Assembly: GCF_006345805.1 (NCBI RefSeq)
Contig: NW_021827311.1
Coordinates: 1-10,792, forward strand
Direction: 5' to 3'
Length of the DNA stretch: 10,792 nucleotides
Source of the DNA: Octopus sinensis
Taxonomy: Eukaryota
Shown here: piece by piece, positions 7,913 to 10,792 of the stretch
Position numbering within the stretch: the stretch's first letter is position 1
How the letters are laid out: each line of letters opens with the position of its first letter
Notes under the pieces: generated by a model
What the model was told of the DNA's origin: nothing
What the model saw: only the letters and a program-made list of their open reading frames with translations
The model's database searches: none
Translations under genes and position numbers: made by a program

Positions 7913-8010
7913 TTCCTTGCTTTTCCTGATGAGAAAGCGGCATAATATACTCCTTATTCCTTCGCAATTAGGAATATGCAGCCTTCGAAACATATGTCGA
8001 AAATAAAGGA
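7913..8010 (+). ncRNA. Type I hammerhead ribozyme, canonical core, long stem II
   Basis: Stem I TTTTC(7921-7925)/GAAAA(7999-8003) extended by TTCCTT/AAGGAA; core CTGATGA 7926-7932; G7933-C7986 closes stem II (GAAAGCGGC/GCAGCCTTC, inner TATTCCT/AGGAATA); GAAA 7987-7990; palindrome ACATATGT 7990-7997; GUC site, cleavage predicted after 7998. Confidence 0.88.
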
Positions 8011-8044
8011 ATTTTGTTAATTTGTCGTTCAACTCCATTCTTTC

Positions 8045-8051
8045 ATATATT

Positions 8052-8097
<46 letters not shown>

Positions 8098-8112
8098 TAC
8101 ATATAAATATAT
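8045..8112. repeat. (TA)n microsatellite
   Basis: Direct reading; it supplies the spurious N-terminus of ORF 8022..8573. Confidence 0.95.
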
Positions 8113-10458
8113 TGAATGTGGAAGGCAAGATCTTTATGGGAATTCTGTTGAGGAGAACAGTGACATATTTACAGAGTAACAGATATGTTGATGAATCTGT
8201 TCAAAAGGCCGGAATCCCCGGGATCCCTGGATACATTGAACACTGTTTTTCGATTTGGAAAGCAATCCAGGATGCCAAACAGAACAGGAAAAGTCTGATC
8301 GTGGTATGGCTCGACCTAGCTAATGTGTATGGTACAGTGCCACACGAATTACTAATAACAGCCATGGACCACTTCCACATTCCAGACAAAGTGATCAAAA
8401 TAATGAGGATGTACTATGACAGTTTCAAAATGAGGTTTATAACTGAAAATTTTACAACAGATTGGCATTGCTGCTGGCTGTACAATATCTGTCACGTGGT
8501 TTATCTTAGTCATGGAGATGATTTTGAAAGCTGTAGATTTTTTGGAATAAATCGCCCATGTACAATCGCCTAAGAAAGCCTTCATGGATGACGTGACACT
8601 TCTAGCTACAGATAAACAAATCATGCAGAATGCCCTCTTGAGATTAGACGAACTTGTGAGGTGGTCAAGGATGCGATTTAGAGCAAAAAGTCGCGTAGTC
8701 TGACATTTGTTAAGGGAGTGCAGAAAGAATTTAAGTTTCGAATATCTGAAGAAAGCATTCCAACAGTCAAGGAAGAGCCCGTCAAGAGCTTGGGACGAGT
8801 ATATGCTGGAACATTGTCAGACAGAAGTCATGGGATTGAAATTATGAAACAGGCCGAGGCTGGGTTATCAGCGTTTGATAATTCGAAGTTACCAGGTAAC
8901 AATAAAATTTGGTGCTTGCAGTTCGGCTTGTACCCGTGACTTGCGTGGCCACTTTTAATATACGAGGTAGCATTGTCACGAGTTGAAATCATTGAACAAA
9001 AATGTAACGTGTTCATTAGAAAGTGGCTAGGCCTACCTCGTATGTTGAACAGTTCAGCTCTTTATCGTAAAAGAGGTTCGTTGCAGCTACCAATATCATC
9101 AATAGTCGAAATATATAAGCTGGGGAAGATACGGATGGTCATGATGCTGAGAGAATCGAAGGATATGGAAATCAGGCATAACCCACCAGAGGTGAAAACA
9201 GCCAGGAAGTGGAAAGCAGAAGCAGAAACTGACAACATATTGTCTTCTCTTATACACAGAGATATGGTGGGAGCAATGCAGAACCATCGGAAAGGACTTG
9301 GTTTTGGTGCAGATCAGTTCAGACCATTTGCAAGCATGATGCGGAGTGAACGCAGAACTGTTGTTAGCAACAGCGTCAAAACAAGAGAAGCAGAGAGAAG
9401 AGAGCTTCATTTGATCCGATGTTTTCATCAAGGTCAGATGACGAGATGGGAAGAACATGTTGTTGAGAGGAAAATAAGTTGGGATGAGATGTGGAAGTGG
9501 ACGACATCTCGGCTGAGTTTCCTGATTCGTTCATCTCATGATGTTTTGTCATCACCTACAAATCTAGTAAGATGGAACGTCTCAGAGAATGACATCAGCA
9601 AATGTGGAAAGGTTGGTACACTGAAACATATTCTTTCCAACTGTTCATTAGCATTGAACAGGTATACATGGAGGCACAACTTGGTCCTTAAGGTTATCTT
9701 CAATGCTATAAAGAACCAAATTCATCTCAACAACACTGAGAAAAAACCGTTAAAAGTACCATCTAGAGATTTCGTTACCTTCGTGCGACCAGGTCAGTGG
9801 ATCCGTTTCAAGAAGATCAAGAAACTTCCTGAGAGAAATGAAAAGTGGAACGGCTATTGGGAGGTAACTTCAGATTTACCTGGGTGCCAGGTTGTCTTTC
9901 CCATCACAATTACGAAAAAACCCAGATATTTTGATGTGGTGTGAAAGAAAGAAAGTTGTAAATATAGTTGAGCTAATGGTTCCTCATAAAGATAATATGG
10001 ACGCCGCTTGGGCTAAAAAATTGAACCGTTATGTAAACCTCCTCGAGGAATGTGAAGACGCAGACTGGAAAGTGGAACATTTTCCAATCGAAGTTGATGT
10101 AGAGGGTTCGTTGGACACAGTGTGAGACGACTGTTGTTATCGCTAGGCCTAACTCATCGTAAAGTCAATACCACCATGACCGATATCCAATTTACAGTGG
10201 AGAAGGCTACCCACTGGATTTGGCTAAAAAGAGACGATGAACGATGGCTAGAAGGATATTGAGCTTAACTTGATAACCAGCTGATCTATCAAGCGGGGCC
10301 TCAAATCAGTGAGGGGGGGCCGGTGCAATTGATGCCGTTGAGAGGTAGGCCCTGAAACGGCACGCATTCTCTCCTGATGACCCCATACACTTGCTGGCTT
10401 CTGGTATACGGAGCTTTTGACTGGTAGCACTTGCATGTGCAAGTTGTTTGCAAGACAT

Positions 10459-10792
10459 CAAAAGGCAAACTGCCTAGCAAGCTGACGGAGGGAATAATAT
10501 GCCCAATACATAAAGGGGGAAGTAGAGCAGATGCCAAAAACAATAGGCCTATCTCTCTGACTTCACACATCTGCAAAGTCATGGAACGGATAGTCAGAAA
10601 GAAACTAATCGCATTCCTTGAGGAAAATAACTTGCTGAGTGATACCCAGCATGGTTTTCAACCAGGCAGGAGCTGCCTGACCCAGCTCTTACAACATTAT
10701 GACTGGGTGTTGAGGCAGTTACTCAACAAATCATATGTGGATGTAATCTACCTTGATTTTGAAAAAGCTTTGACAAGGTGGATCATGGCATG
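10459..10792 (+). pseudogene. Same LINE ORF2, RT domain start; right half, runs off the window
   Basis: KGKLPSKLTEGIICPIHKGGSRADAKNNRPISLTSHICKVMERIVRKKL..LLSDTQHGFQPGRSCLTQLL..VDVIYLDFEKA/FDKVDHG (1-nt deletion at ~10770). It joins in frame to ...LFQSFLT at 6205 once the insert is removed. Confidence 0.9.

Larger units (their letters stand above)
7610..8044 (+). mobile_element. Non-coding hammerhead-bearing element with a 5' fold-back (probable PLE-derived), inserted in (TA)n inside the Hero ORF
   Basis: TA tracts at 7593-7609 and 8045-8112; palindrome at 7610-7787; hammerhead at 7913-8010; no ORF. Confidence 0.7.
6413..10262 (+). pseudogene. Hero-type polyprotein (N-terminal Zn finger, RT, Zn knuckle, restriction-like endonuclease), disrupted
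   Basis: CKLCYRTFATVKRLKIHQGK; RVLWPAA; KSAPGGDGISYKVYK; QFRT...LNVEGKIF; QKAGIPGIPGYIEH; WLDLANVYGTVPH; GIAAGCTISV; AFMDD (8581-8592); LGRVY; RKWLGLP; KCGKVGTLKHILSNC..RYTWRHN; PDILMW..ELMVP..KLNRY; [GC]RGFVG; WIWLKR; stop 10260-10262. Nonsense codons at 7073, 8548 and 8937, several frameshifts, and an insert at 7532-8112. Confidence 0.88.
6208..10458 (+). mobile_element. Non-LTR retrotransposon with restriction-like endonuclease, Hero clade, near full length
   Basis: Single long disrupted ORF (ZnF, RT, CCHC knuckle, PD-type endonuclease) with 5' and 3' UTRs. Flanked by CAAA at 6204-6207 and 10459-10462. Clade assignment is from recalled motifs, not a search. Confidence 0.85.

Noticed and set aside
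7073-8939. In-frame TGA codons as selenocysteine
   Set aside because: They fall where Arg is expected, the ORF also has TAA stops and frameshifts, and I saw no SECIS.
10333-10385. GAAAC followed by CTGATGA in the Hero 3' UTR as a permuted hammerhead
   Set aside because: I could not build stems I-III or an NUH site; AACGGCA pairs upstream instead.
7381-10582. Minus-strand ORFs 7381..7593, 8201..8398, 8352..8624, 8828..9016, 9099..9458, 10248..10442 and 10301..10582
   Set aside because: Antisense to retrotransposon sequence, with no recognisable motifs.

Overview
AT-rich eukaryotic (animal) repeat DNA with no host gene, rRNA, tRNA or CRISPR array. The abundant (TA)n and the element mix suggest a cephalopod or other invertebrate genome (inference only). 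The window is a pile of decayed retroelements separated by TA microsatellites. (1) 1-744: 3' end of a Penelope-like element (PLE), with a GIY-YIG fragment and a hammerhead-like motif. (2) 1781-4725 (-): near-full-length Neptune-type PLE (RT + GIY-YIG, frameshifted) bracketed by ~250-bp inverted pseudo-LTRs. (3) Two diverged inverted copies of an unclassified repeat (841-1380 and 4741-5112). (4) 5312-5640: short non-coding element with a type I hammerhead. (5) A CR1/Jockey-group LINE ORF2 fragment (5666-6207 + 10459-10792) split by (6) a Hero-clade RT/restriction-like-endonuclease retrotransposon (6208-10458). The Hero element is itself interrupted by a 68-bp templated duplication, TA repeats and a fold-back element carrying a canonical hammerhead. 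Most notable: five hammerhead ribozyme motifs from four unrelated sequence families in 10.8 kb (including a C3U/G8A covariant core), and a tandem array of covarying GAAAGA-loop hairpins in the Hero 5' UTR. All RNA structures were paired by eye; no folding, alignment or database search was run.
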